A stretch of 52,172 nt of DNA from a virus. Its lineage: Duplodnaviria > Caudoviricetes. The translations under genes and the position numbers were made by a program. How positions within the stretch are numbered: the stretch's first letter is position 1; each line of letters begins with the position of its first letter. Below, in pieces: positions 16,109 to 25,451 of the stretch. The notes under the pieces were generated by a model. That model did not search any database. It saw only the letters and a list, made by a program, of their open reading frames with translations, and was not told where the DNA came from. The stretch covers positions 1 through 52,172 of IMG/VR virus record IMGVR_UViG_3300027734_000102; one strand, given 5' to 3'.

Positions 16109-16134
16109 ATCTAGAGTCTCTGGAGGGAGTCTCC

Positions 16135-16863
16135 ATGCAAATCTTCGAAAGTAATCTGCGATTGGTCGTCCGTGGAATCTTGCGAGAGTCCACAGGTGGC
16201 TCAAGCCTATTGCACCCAGGCGTCACCGTCCAGGATCTGGCGCGCGACTGGGTGCAGCTTGGCGACTCCTATGGTAGGACTCCAATTTTCTCAATCCCAA
16301 GATCTCGTGAACAAGTTAGATCGACAGCAAAAGAGTTCAACATCGCCAAGTACGAAAGTGTTCCAGTGCCTGAGCAGGTGCTTGAGCAGTTTGTCGATCT
16401 CTATATGGCGCTGCAGAACATCGTGCCATCCCTTAGTGGGAATGGCACATATGACTCGGCGTACAAAGATGCTGCCCGGGCGCTCAGGGCGCGTCTCCCG
16501 CGCGATGGCTTCGACTATTTTCCAGACATCTATGGCCCGTATAATCCGCAGCCAACGCTGATACTCGGGACAATTTGCCAGTCAATTACGTCAGGAGTGG
16601 TGCCACAGCCCTATCAGATCGAGGCCCTGGCGTGGACTCTCAGAGAGCTCAAGAGAATAACGCCTGAGGTTCTCGACAAGAGGTTCAGGTACTTTGATAC
16701 CTCGAAGAAGATGGCTGAGCTGGCAAAGATGCTGACTCCAGAAGAGATAAACTCGATGAGACCAACCTTCACGAAACTGTTCAATCCTGGCGAGGCTGCT
16801 GGTCTCACCAAGTTCTATGAAGCGTACGATCTTCTTCTCTCCATGACTTCAGGCAGGGCTTAG
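16135..16863 (+). CDS. tag-bearing hypothetical protein
   Basis: MQIFESNLRLVVRGILRE. Confidence 0.75.
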   Translation: MQIFESNLRLVVRGILRESTGGSSLLHPGVTVQDLARDWVQLGDSYGRTPIFSIPRSREQVRSTAKEFNIAKYESVPVPEQVLEQFVDLYMALQNIVPSLSGNGTYDSAYKDAARALRARLPRDGFDYFPDIYGPYNPQPTLILGTICQSITSGVVPQPYQIEALAWTLRELKRITPEVLDKRFRYFDTSKKMAELAKMLTPEEINSMRPTFTKLFNPGEAAGLTKFYEAYDLLLSMTSGRA

Positions 16864-16906
16864 AATTCGGCAGTTTATGACTCGCCGCCACTGATAGTAT
16901 CTGCTC

Positions 16907-17686
16907 ATGGTACCAACGTTCAAGATGCACGGGTCAAAGGCCCGCACTGCCGCGTGGATCTCTGGCTTCATACCCCACAAGTTCGGCAGGTGGATCGAGC
17001 CGTTCGCTGGACGTGGCAATGTCCTGTTCAGGATCGCGAGCTCAGGTCATGAGTTCCAGCAGGCTCTCCTCAACGATGCGAACACCGCACCGTTCCTCAC
17101 CGCGCTCCGCGACCAGGAGAGCTTCGAGTTCGTGGACGCCCCGCCGATCGATAAGGCGCTCTGGATGAGGTGGCGTGACTCCGAGCCCTCGCCTGAGCGC
17201 GCCCTCGCCGAGTCCTACGTCGCGAGGTTCGGTTCCTCTTACAGCATGGGACCGAACACTGCTGGCGCAGGCTCCAAGAATGGCCACTCGCGCGAGAACA
17301 CGATCAGGCGGATGACGGCGGCACAGGAGATCCTCCGCCGGACAGACGCGAGGATCACCGCGCTCGACTACAGCGTTGCCCTGCGTGCCCTCGATTTGCG
17401 TGAAGATGATGTGGTATACATGGATCCACCCTACGATGTGAAGCAGACGGTCCACTACTCTGGCATCGACCATGATGAGTTCCTAGACCTTGCTTCAGAC
17501 CTTCCCTGTTGGGTCTTCATCTCGGGGTATAGCACACCACGTTACGAGGCGTTTCTTTCATCGTGGGGCCGCGCAGCAAGGCCCCGCGCATCAGTCGGGA
17601 AGGGTGCCAGCTCCACTGGAAAGACGGGTGCAAAGCCCAAGGTCGAGGAGATCCTCTGGTGGAAGTCTCCCGGGAAGCATACTTAA
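16907..17686 (+). CDS. Dam-like (D12 class) DNA adenine methyltransferase
   Basis: GSK, EPFAGRG, LLND and VYMDPPY in alpha-group order. Confidence 0.85.
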   Translation: MVPTFKMHGSKARTAAWISGFIPHKFGRWIEPFAGRGNVLFRIASSGHEFQQALLNDANTAPFLTALRDQESFEFVDAPPIDKALWMRWRDSEPSPERALAESYVARFGSSYSMGPNTAGAGSKNGHSRENTIRRMTAAQEILRRTDARITALDYSVALRALDLREDDVVYMDPPYDVKQTVHYSGIDHDEFLDLASDLPCWVFISGYSTPRYEAFLSSWGRAARPRASVGKGASSTGKTGAKPKVEEILWWKSPGKHT

Positions 17687-17753
17687 GCCCGCGATCTATA
17701 CAAGCATGGTCGCCAAGATACTTTAGACTCCCGAAAGGGAATTGGAGAACAAC

Positions 17754-17867
17754 ATGAAGAACTTTCTCGTAGCAATTAGCTTCCTCTCGCTCGCCCTTCT
17801 CGGTGGATGCACCGGTGGCGACGACAAGGACAGTGGAACCACCGATACCGCCGATTCGGCGCAGTAA
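17754..17867 (+). CDS. tiny lipoprotein, 37 aa
   Basis: Read by hand: GGAG RBS, MKNFLVAISFLSLALLGGCTGGDDKDSGTTDTADSAQ*. Confidence 0.65.
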   Translation: MKNFLVAISFLSLALLGGCTGGDDKDSGTTDTADSAQ

Positions 17868-17881
17868 CCAAAGAGGATAAC

Positions 17882-18151
17882 ATGGAAACCCTGAAGAACA
17901 ACAAGCTCATTGTAGCACTCGTTGCGGCACTTGCCGCCGCCCTCGCCGCCTTCGCAACCACCTGGGAAGAGAAGACCGCTGAGGAGCCCAAGGTCGAGGA
18001 GGCCCCCGTGGCTACCGTTGAGGCTCCGGTCGCCGCCCAGGCGACGGAGGCCACGCCTGCCGAGACTCCTGCTGCCGGTGAGGCTGAGGTTGTCGTGGTT
18101 CCCGCCACTGAGACGACCCCTGCTCCGGCTGCCGTCGAAGTCAAGAAGTAA
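17882..18151 (+). CDS. membrane-anchored or secreted A/P/E/T-rich protein
   Basis: GAGG RBS; hydrophobic N-terminus and low-complexity tail. Confidence 0.7.
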   Translation: METLKNNKLIVALVAALAAALAAFATTWEEKTAEEPKVEEAPVATVEAPVAAQATEATPAETPAAGEAEVVVVPATETTPAPAAVEVKK

Positions 18152-18163
18152 GCTTCTTTCGGC

Positions 18164-18206
18164 TTGTACTCTTGCTCCCAGTGGGGTATACTCTCTGGGA
18201 GCAAGA
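18164..18206 (+). promoter_or_regulatory. promoter-like TTGTAC-N17-TATACT overlapped by a 12-bp inverted repeat
   Basis: TCTTGCTCCCAG (18170-18181) and CTGGGAGCAAGA (18195-18206) flank the -10 box. Confidence 0.5.
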
Positions 18207-18225
18207 ACATTTTTAGGAGAAACAA

Positions 18226-18537
18226 ATGGCGACGAAGACTGATACGGTAGTTGACATCGACAAGCTCATGTCTGACACGGTGAAGACCCTCGACAATGTG
18301 TGCACCTTCCTCGAGGACTGGGACGAGCTGGAAGACGAAGAGAAGGGCAGCGCGTCGGCACGGATGCCAATTGTGATGGCGCTGTGGAAGCAGTCGGTCC
18401 AGCTTGAGTCGCTGTGCGGCGCACTCCAGCTCCTCCAGAAGGAGGAGACTGAGGAAAAGGAATCAAGTGACGTGAAGCCCAACAAGAAGAAGTCGAAGCA
18501 GAAGTGCTGTCACCTCTGCGCGGACGAAACAAAGTAG
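18226..18537 (+). CDS. hypothetical acidic protein
   Basis: AGGAG RBS, 103 aa. Confidence 0.7.
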   Translation: MATKTDTVVDIDKLMSDTVKTLDNVCTFLEDWDELEDEEKGSASARMPIVMALWKQSVQLESLCGALQLLQKEETEEKESSDVKPNKKKSKQKCCHLCADETK

Positions 18538-18566
18538 GGTTCACAGTTTATACTGTGGCGTTGCTG

Positions 18567-18648
18567 GCCCTGGTGGTGGAATGGCAGACGCGTCCGACTC
18601 AAAATCGGATTCCCTTCGGGAGTGCGGGTTCAAGTCCCGCCTGGGGCA
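18567..18648 (+). tRNA. tRNA-Leu(CAA)
   Basis: GCCCTGG/CTGGGGC acceptor, TCCGA-CT CAA AA-TCGGA, long variable arm. Confidence 0.9.
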
Positions 18649-18671
18649 CCCATTAAACAATAGGAGAGACG

Positions 18672-19649
18672 ATGCTGGTATTTCTTTCGATGTTGATTGC
18701 CTGCGGTGGAGACCAGAAGGTCGAGACCGTGAATCCACAGATCACTGATGCCGTGACGATCGATCAGGCAAAGCTTGGAGGTTTTAGTCCGCTTCCGGAC
18801 AGCTTCTTTCCAGAAGGGCAACTCGCGAGTCCTGAGCTCACTGCGCTCGGGAAGCGCCTCTTCAACGAGACCCAGCTCTCGGCAGACGCCAACATGTCCT
18901 GCAACACCTGCCATGATCTTGCCACGAACGGAGCCGACGACGTCGCGTTCTCCCCTGGCCACAAAGGTGCTCCGGTCGGTCGCAATTCTCCTACCGTCTT
19001 CAACTCTGCCGGTCACGTCGCCCAATTCTGGGACGGAAGAGCCGCAACCGTGGAAGAGCAGGCTCTCGGTCCTATTCTTGCCACCGGTGAGATGGCGATG
19101 CCTGATGCTGACACGGTTGTTCGAGTCCTGAAGGAGGACGCAACCTACGTTGCCGATTTCAAGAAGGCTTTCCCTGGGCAGGAAGAGCCACTCACGTTTG
19201 AGAACATCGGTGTGGCGATCGGAGCATTTGAGCGCACCCTTGTCACTCCGAGCCGCTGGGACGCCTATCTCAAGGGCGACAAGGCGGCTCTCACCGACAC
19301 CGAGGAGCGAGGCTTCAACACCTTCGTCGATTCTGGTTGCTCTGGCTGCCATGCGGGCCAGCTCATTGGCGGCGCGACGTTCATGAAGCTGGGCCTGGTA
19401 CACCCATGGCCAAATCAGGCTGATCAGGGTAAGTTCACCCTCTCCAAGTCTGATGCTGACAAGATGGTCTTCAAGGTCCCGTCGCTTCGGAACTCTGCGC
19501 TCACAGCGCCTTACTTCCACGATGGCTCTGCACAGGACCTGCCCACTGCCGTGAAGATGATGGGCCACCACCAGCTTGGGAAGGAGCTCACGGACGCGCA
19601 GGCCAGCGATATTGCTGCTTGGCTCGGGTCAACTTCGCTAAACAAGTAG
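18672..19649 (+). CDS. di-heme cytochrome c peroxidase (CcpA/MauG family), lipoprotein
   Basis: LIAC lipobox; CNTCH and CSGCH heme motifs; RNSPTVFNS, QFWDGRA, FKVPSLRN, PYFHDGS. Confidence 0.95.
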   Translation: MLVFLSMLIACGGDQKVETVNPQITDAVTIDQAKLGGFSPLPDSFFPEGQLASPELTALGKRLFNETQLSADANMSCNTCHDLATNGADDVAFSPGHKGAPVGRNSPTVFNSAGHVAQFWDGRAATVEEQALGPILATGEMAMPDADTVVRVLKEDATYVADFKKAFPGQEEPLTFENIGVAIGAFERTLVTPSRWDAYLKGDKAALTDTEERGFNTFVDSGCSGCHAGQLIGGATFMKLGLVHPWPNQADQGKFTLSKSDADKMVFKVPSLRNSALTAPYFHDGSAQDLPTAVKMMGHHQLGKELTDAQASDIAAWLGSTSLNK

Positions 19650-19671
19650 AGAGAATAGTTAGGTTACCATA

Positions 19672-19965
19672 GTGGAAGGTGAGACTACTGAACAGACACT
19701 GAAAATTACGCCCAAGATGCTGCTGATTCTATTCGCAGCGTCCTTTGTGGCCGGCATATCAGCGATCCACTTCAGTAGGTCAGTGAATAGAGATTCGATT
19801 GTCTCAGCGGGATTGTTTGGGTTTGCCGTGCCAATCCTCAATTCCGTCTGCACCATGGCGGTGATCGAGGCAACCACTAGAAAGGAGCGAATCCTTGTCT
19901 CTACAATTCAAGCACTATCTTTGTCTCTTGCGGCAGTCGTTGACATTTACCTCAGGAGCCATTGA
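19672..19965 (+). CDS. small membrane protein
   Basis: Three hydrophobic segments. Confidence 0.55.
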   Translation: MEGETTEQTLKITPKMLLILFAASFVAGISAIHFSRSVNRDSIVSAGLFGFAVPILNSVCTMAVIEATTRKERILVSTIQALSLSLAAVVDIYLRSH

Positions 19966-19981
19966 CACGACGGTCAAGAGG

Positions 19982-20500
19982 ATGCTGGCGGTAGGCATTA
20001 CTACCGTAGCCCTCTGGCCCACTCCAACTGCCGTTGAACCTCCTCTGCCAGCGCCTCCGCCCGAAGAGCATGCCGTGGACGGTATCAGTAGCCTCACTGA
20101 TGAGCAAGAGGCAATTGCTAGGGAGATCGAGCGCGTTCTCAAGGACGAAGGGTTTGAGAATCCTGAGATCCAGGCAGCCATAATCAACGGGCTTGCAGAG
20201 AGCCGGCTCGATCCCCTTGCTGTCGGTGACCACGGAAATTCCCGCGGAGTGTTCCAGCTCAACAAGAATGGGCTTGGCCACAAGATGAAGACAGAGCGGA
20301 TGCACGACGTGGAGACTGCCACTCGCCGTGTGGCAAAGGCCATGAGGCGCTCGAAGCAGATGATGAAGAAGATTGATGAGGGCGCCACGGTCGAAGAGCT
20401 TACTGCGACATTCTGCATTCACATCATGCGTCCCTCAGATAAGATGAAGAAAGCGAAGCGCCGCGCTTCAACGGCGAAGAGGCTAGTCCAGACGACATGA
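19982..20500 (+). CDS. lysozyme-like muramidase with N-terminal signal
   Basis: NGLAESRLDPLAVGD.GNSRGVFQL is typical of lysozyme-fold ES...GxxQ motifs; start codon uncertain. Confidence 0.65.
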   Translation: MLAVGITTVALWPTPTAVEPPLPAPPPEEHAVDGISSLTDEQEAIAREIERVLKDEGFENPEIQAAIINGLAESRLDPLAVGDHGNSRGVFQLNKNGLGHKMKTERMHDVETATRRVAKAMRRSKQMMKKIDEGATVEELTATFCIHIMRPSDKMKKAKRRASTAKRLVQTT

Positions 20501-21294
20501 AGAGTTCAATTGTACTGTTTGACCTTGATGGGACCTTGACCCCGCCGCGGGGTGCGATCGATGATGAGACCGCGCAGAGCGTCCTTGATCTGCTGCGCAA
20601 CACTGAGGCTCGAGTCGGGATTGTAACTGGTTCCGACCTGCCATACGTCGTCCAACAGCTTGGCGTTTGGTCCAGTGTCCTGCGAGATGCTGGCTTGGAG
20701 ATATTCTCCTGCAATGGCACCAAGCATTACAAGAGCTCGGGCGATGATTGGATGCTCTACGACACCGCGCCTGAGATGAGAGAGGTCCTCGGGGCAGAGA
20801 GCTGGAGAAGCCTGATCACCACTCTGCACAGTGCACAGCTCAGGCTCATTCGAGAATATCCAGACCTGCCGCTCACTGGCAATTTCATCAGCTACCGTGG
20901 GCCAACTATGAACTGGTGTCCAATCGGTAGGGACGCGAAAGAGCCTGACCGGGCCATCTTTGAGAAGATGGACTCAGAGTCAAAGATCAGGGTCAGGTCC
21001 ATGGACTGGCTGGTCGATTGCTTTGAGCTCTCGATGCCCGGCAAGGTACAGGTCACCCTTGGCGGTAACACCTCTTTCGACATCTTTGTCAAGGGATGGG
21101 ACAAGACTTATGTCCTCACACGCCTCCGAGGTATGGACTGCTGGTTTGTAGGAGACCGCTGTCGAGAAGGTGGCAATGACCACACGATCTACGAGGCTCT
21201 GTACAAGCGCAACCGAGCGTTCGAGACCATGGGTCCCATGCACACGAGGACCATCATCTCTGAGATCACCACGAGGATCGGAACAAAATGCTGA
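20497..21294 (+). CDS. eukaryote-type phosphomannomutase (HAD IIB, PMM/Sec53-like)
   Basis: LFDLDGTLTPPR, VTGSD, FISYR...NWCPIGR, GGNTSFDIF..GWDKTY, FVGDR...GGNDHTIY. Confidence 0.85.
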   Translation: MKSSIVLFDLDGTLTPPRGAIDDETAQSVLDLLRNTEARVGIVTGSDLPYVVQQLGVWSSVLRDAGLEIFSCNGTKHYKSSGDDWMLYDTAPEMREVLGAESWRSLITTLHSAQLRLIREYPDLPLTGNFISYRGPTMNWCPIGRDAKEPDRAIFEKMDSESKIRVRSMDWLVDCFELSMPGKVQVTLGGNTSFDIFVKGWDKTYVLTRLRGMDCWFVGDRCREGGNDHTIYEALYKRNRAFETMGPMHTRTIISEITTRIGTKC

Positions 21295-21890
21295 CTGCGA
21301 TTGGCGATGTGATGCGCCGGTGTTACGACAGGGGCTGGATCACCACTAGGGACGGGAACATCTCTCTCCGCAGGAAGGGCTCTGGCATACTATACATCAC
21401 GCCCTCGGGCTGGAGGAAGACGATCATCCATCCCGAGCACATAATCAAGTGCAAGATCGCCGATGGGACTGTCCACCCACCGGATGGCGCTAAGCCTTCA
21501 GGCGAGCTTCACATGCACTGGCGCATCCAGGAGAACAGCAAGGGGGTGCGTGCGGTCGTCCACGTCCATCCAACACACATTGTCGCCGCAATGTACGCAG
21601 GATGGCAGCTCGATGAGGTGGCAAAGGAATTCCCCGAAGTTAGCAGGTACACCAGAGTCGGACCCAACGTGCCATCTCTGCCAGCCACCTCAGTCTCTCT
21701 TGGCGATGCGACGGCAGATGCACTTTGTGTTGAACATGATGGAAGGCTCCAATATGATATCGTAGGTCAGGCAAACCACGGAGTATGTTCTGTGGCAAAT
21801 GACCCGTGGTCAGCCTATGAACACATTGAGAGGCTGGATCACATTTGTGAGATAGTACTGAAGAGCGGCGTGAAACCCACTAAGAGGTAG
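21288..21890 (+). CDS. class II aldolase/adducin family protein
   Basis: DGNIS, ITPSG, KPSGE..MH, VVHVHP, NHG metal-binding motifs. Confidence 0.9.
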   Translation: MLTAIGDVMRRCYDRGWITTRDGNISLRRKGSGILYITPSGWRKTIIHPEHIIKCKIADGTVHPPDGAKPSGELHMHWRIQENSKGVRAVVHVHPTHIVAAMYAGWQLDEVAKEFPEVSRYTRVGPNVPSLPATSVSLGDATADALCVEHDGRLQYDIVGQANHGVCSVANDPWSAYEHIERLDHICEIVLKSGVKPTKR

Positions 21891-21997
21891 TTGATATGCT
21901 GTAAGTTGTAACACGATCTGTGCAGGGACGCTTAATGATCATTAAGATCTTTTGAAGTAACAGGTGAAATCGGGCCTGCACGCCCTGAGTAACCACC

Positions 21998-22045
21998 GGC
22001 GCCATGGAGAGAAATCTATAAATCTCCATGGCGCCTTCAATTTTT
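21998..22045 (+). terminator. 13-bp inverted repeat with T-rich tail
   Basis: GGCGCCATGGAGA-N12-TCTCCATGGCGCC-TTCAATTTTT. Confidence 0.5.
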
Positions 22046-22110
22046 GCGTGTTCATCTCTGCAGATGTGATTAAACTGCTAGAGAACCCCAGAGGAACCAT
22101 GGAAGGAAAC

Positions 22111-22302
22111 ATGAAGAATCTCACTCCGATAGAGCAGGCGACGAACCGCATGTTCGCGTTCCACGCCAATCTTGCGGCATGTATGGACTGTGCCGCATTC
22201 CTCCGGGCTGCGAAGGAGGCAGAGTCGGACAACCTCCAGTCGATGCTGCTTGAGGCGGCGTGGGCATCGTTCCACCAGGAGACGGCTGAGATCTGGCACT
22301 GA
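22111..22302 (+). CDS. hypothetical protein
   Basis: AAGGA RBS before ATG 22111; alternative ATG at 22099. Confidence 0.55.
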   Translation: MKNLTPIEQATNRMFAFHANLAACMDCAAFLRAAKEAESDNLQSMLLEAAWASFHQETAEIWH

Positions 22303-22303
22303 G

Positions 22304-22630
22304 ATGCGGGTAGAGCCGTGCACACTCGATGAGAGCGTTCCCGTGATCCACGTGGAGGAGGGTGACGATGGCCAGGTCGTCGAAGCCCTCAAGTCCCGTG
22401 GACACGGGTTCTGCGTCTATGGTGACGGCATCGATCCGCTGATCGTGTTCGACTCGAGGTGCGAGGCGCTGCCGTGGTGGACCAAGAACCACACGCTCGC
22501 AGTGCTCGCCCATGAGCTCGGTCACATCAGGACGAAATCAGAGTCAGAGCCCGACGCTGACCGTGCTGGGATCGAGATTCTGAAGGCAGCAAAGAAGCAC
22601 ATGGCAGCCCGTGTGCTGCGCCGCAGGTGA
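22304..22630 (+). CDS. small zincin-like metallopeptidase
   Basis: AVLAHELGH...E..AD motif. Confidence 0.65.
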   Translation: MRVEPCTLDESVPVIHVEEGDDGQVVEALKSRGHGFCVYGDGIDPLIVFDSRCEALPWWTKNHTLAVLAHELGHIRTKSESEPDADRAGIEILKAAKKHMAARVLRRR

Positions 22631-22671
22631 TTCGTCCTGAACGTGGCGTGGAAGATATTTAGAATGTCACC

Positions 22672-23178
22672 ATGCCATACAACATCAGAAAACGTAGCTG
22701 TCGCCAATCCAGCGGGAAGAAGGGGTCGTATGTCCTCTCCTACACCGACAACAAGGGCAAGAAGCACAGCAATTGCCACACATCTCGGAAGCGTGCGAAA
22801 GGACAGATCGCCGCCATTGAGGCAGAATCTATCGAGCCTGTTGCGCTCCGCAGGCTTGTTCGTGAGTTTGTCGAGATCCAGCAGGCCACCGAGGCACTGA
22901 TGTCACTTGCACCTTGGCTGGCCAACTACCTCGATGGCCTCATCAACGCAAGGGACACGAAGGAGCAGGTGCTCTCGATCCTTCAGGCCACAAAGAGCTA
23001 CCGGAACAAGATTCCAGAGCCAATCTTCAAGGCGATGGATGTCGTGGTTCCTGGTTTCCGCTCGTTCGAGCACTTCGAAGACAGGGTGATGATGATGAGT
23101 GAAGATGAGCTCGACAACCGGCTCGGCAGGCTCCTGGTCTACATCCAGGCTGGCAGGCTCACGGGAATGGTGGCGTGA
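22672..23178 (+). CDS. hypothetical protein with internal tag
   Basis: Basic N-terminal module MPYNIRK...AKGQIAAIE, then ALRRLVREFVE. Confidence 0.7.
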   Translation: MPYNIRKRSCRQSSGKKGSYVLSYTDNKGKKHSNCHTSRKRAKGQIAAIEAESIEPVALRRLVREFVEIQQATEALMSLAPWLANYLDGLINARDTKEQVLSILQATKSYRNKIPEPIFKAMDVVVPGFRSFEHFEDRVMMMSEDELDNRLGRLLVYIQAGRLTGMVA

Positions 23179-24479
23179 TGCGGAAGGGATTCCAAAAGCT
23201 TGCGGCAGAGTTGTTGGTGGAAGCCACTCAGCAAGATGACACAATAGCTAACACTGAGTCTCCTGGCGCAGTTGTAACTGTAGACACTGATTCGGAAGAA
23301 CGTAGATACTACGTAAAACCTGAAGATGTCGCTTCGTTAGAACAAACGATAGACTTAGTTGGTCTTTCTACTGCTGAGATAGCTTCTGGCAAAGAAGAAC
23401 CAGCACCTCCCAACTTGGGTGCTGTACAAGCGTGGATAGAAGCATGCACAAAAGGAGAAGATGAGTCATACAATAGGCTTAAGAAGATCTTCGAGACCAA
23501 TCTTCTTAGAGACAGAAGTCGCATCAATGATTTCGGCAAATACCAAGATGCGAAGCTAACATCAGGTAAAACCTATGGTTCTGGTAACCCTCTTGTCTTA
23601 GACTTAGCCAGATTTGTGCCAACTGTTTCTGCAATAAGCAGAACAACAGGACCTGGCGAATTTGCCGTAGCATTTTTGTTTGGTTTAGTACCTGCTAGAG
23701 AGACTGGTTTTGATCTAGTCACTGCTCCATCTGGCAGTAGACAATACACGATAAAGCATGCATCAGAAGCTCCTGAGGAAGGACTCAGGAAGTTCGTTTA
23801 CAAGTTCCAAGGAAGAAAACGGAATCTAAAAAGAATCAACGATGCCCTAGATAGTAACGAAAGCATTACAAAAAATGATGCAAAGTTGATGTATTCCACG
23901 AGAGAAAAATTTAGGTTCAATCTCACCAAAGATGAGAAAGCTGCTCAGGAAAGTAGAAGAGCTTTGACTAAGCGTGAATTGGCTTATGTGCTCCTGGACC
24001 TCATGCCAAGAAATCGCAGAGGAGGTGGAACTCCCGCTCCTACCAGATGGGCGCTTATCTGTAACAATCCGCCGCCTAAAAGTCAGGATTCTGCACAGTT
24101 CACATTTAAAGCTTTTAGTTTGAGCAGTAGAATTGAGGCTGTCGAAACCACTATCGAGTCAGGAACAGAAAGCAAAATAGTCATAGACAAAACTCAGATT
24201 ACGATCTTTGAGTCAGCGTCCGCCGGCGCGCTAATCAACGAGCTCTCTCGCCGCGATCAGGAGCAGGTCACTGCGATCGCACGCAGGATCGCACAAGAGG
24301 TGCTGGAGGACGAGCTCGGCGATGACTTCGATAAGGCGGTCCGCCGTGAGATGGCGGCTGGATTCAAGGACCCAGATGTCGAGTCAGCCGCGGCGGATGT
24401 CACCAAGGACTATCTCCGGAAGTTCTACCGCTCTCTCGGTGTGTCGAGCTCATCCCCATTGGACAAGGTCAAGATCTGA
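23175..24479 (+). CDS. hypothetical protein with AT-rich central segment, possibly nuclease-derived
   Basis: 434-aa ORF; centre visibly AT-richer than the 3' end; GPGE...GFDL...YTIK. Confidence 0.65.
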   Translation: MMRKGFQKLAAELLVEATQQDDTIANTESPGAVVTVDTDSEERRYYVKPEDVASLEQTIDLVGLSTAEIASGKEEPAPPNLGAVQAWIEACTKGEDESYNRLKKIFETNLLRDRSRINDFGKYQDAKLTSGKTYGSGNPLVLDLARFVPTVSAISRTTGPGEFAVAFLFGLVPARETGFDLVTAPSGSRQYTIKHASEAPEEGLRKFVYKFQGRKRNLKRINDALDSNESITKNDAKLMYSTREKFRFNLTKDEKAAQESRRALTKRELAYVLLDLMPRNRRGGGTPAPTRWALICNNPPPKSQDSAQFTFKAFSLSSRIEAVETTIESGTESKIVIDKTQITIFESASAGALINELSRRDQEQVTAIARRIAQEVLEDELGDDFDKAVRREMAAGFKDPDVESAAADVTKDYLRKFYRSLGVSSSSPLDKVKI

Positions 24480-24500
24480 CCGGAGGTTATACTTACTGTC

Positions 24501-24620
24501 ATGAAAGAAGAGCAATACATAGGACTCACCGAGCGGGAACTCAGGCTCTCAGTGTACAAGATGCTGATCGAGCGGGAGATCCAGCGCCTCGTGGAATCCA
24601 TCAGGAAGCGCAAGAAGTAG
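24501..24620 (+). CDS. 39-aa peptide consisting largely of the tag
   Basis: GGAGG and ATACTTA upstream; MKEEQYIGLTERELRLSVYKMLIEREIQRLVESIRKRKK*. Confidence 0.55.
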   Translation: MKEEQYIGLTERELRLSVYKMLIEREIQRLVESIRKRKK

Positions 24621-24675
24621 CATGACCAGCTGAGACCGAGTGGATATAGTAGCACTGTAACAACTCGGAGTGAAC

Positions 24676-25035
24676 ATGGTATCAAATCAGCAGTTCTGGG
24701 ACACGTTCAGGAACATCCCCAATGACTTGCGCGAGCAGCTGGTCAGGCTCAAGCTTCCACGGGCAATCCGTGGTTCTGAGCGGGAGATCATCCGCGGGAT
24801 GATGCCCTCCAATCCGATCCGCGTGGTCGAACTTGCCGCATCCCGCGCGAAGACGAAGCACGGCTGGCAGGAAGTCTACTGGTCCATCAACGAGGAGTCC
24901 TGCTGGGTCTCCAACGAGCCACTGCCGGACCGGTACGCGACCAGCTACTTGGCCCCAATCTCTGGGGACAGTGACCGTGACAGCGCAGAGCGCCTGGCGG
25001 TGCTCACCCTCCTGGCGATGGTGGAGGCCAAGTGA
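24676..25035 (+). CDS. hypothetical protein
   Basis: GGAG RBS; coupled to the next gene. Confidence 0.65.
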   Translation: MVSNQQFWDTFRNIPNDLREQLVRLKLPRAIRGSEREIIRGMMPSNPIRVVELAASRAKTKHGWQEVYWSINEESCWVSNEPLPDRYATSYLAPISGDSDRDSAERLAVLTLLAMVEAK

Positions 25036-25283
25036 GCCGCGTAGACCACCCTGACCACTACAATATGGGAAAGTATGAGGTCATCGACGTGATCGAGGAC
25101 CACGACCTGAACTTCAATCTCGGGAATGTCGTCAAGTATGTCCTCCGCGCGCCGCACAAGGGAGAGCCTGTCGAGGACCTCGAGAAGGCGCAGTGGTACA
25201 TTGCAAGGGAGCTAGCCCGTGTGAAGGCTGACATCGAGCGCAGGGACAAGCCCAAGAAGTCCAAGAAGGAAAGCGGAGCCTAG
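25032..25283 (+). CDS. DUF3310-family protein (T7 gp1.7-like)
   Basis: VDHPDHY...EVIDVI...LGNVVKYVLRAPHKG...EDLEKAQWYI. Confidence 0.85.
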   Translation: MSRVDHPDHYNMGKYEVIDVIEDHDLNFNLGNVVKYVLRAPHKGEPVEDLEKAQWYIARELARVKADIERRDKPKKSKKESGA

Positions 25284-25451
25284 TGAGGTGGAGGACCTGC
25301 TGTTCAGCATCCTGAACCCGGTCTTCAATCTGCTGTTCTGGCTCATTGTATCTCCAGAGGCGAAGCCTTGGCTGTTCGCCACCTGGACTTTCACTCTTGT
25401 GCTGAGCATCAGCCTTCTCTGGTTGCTACTTACTGATAAGAGCGACGACTA

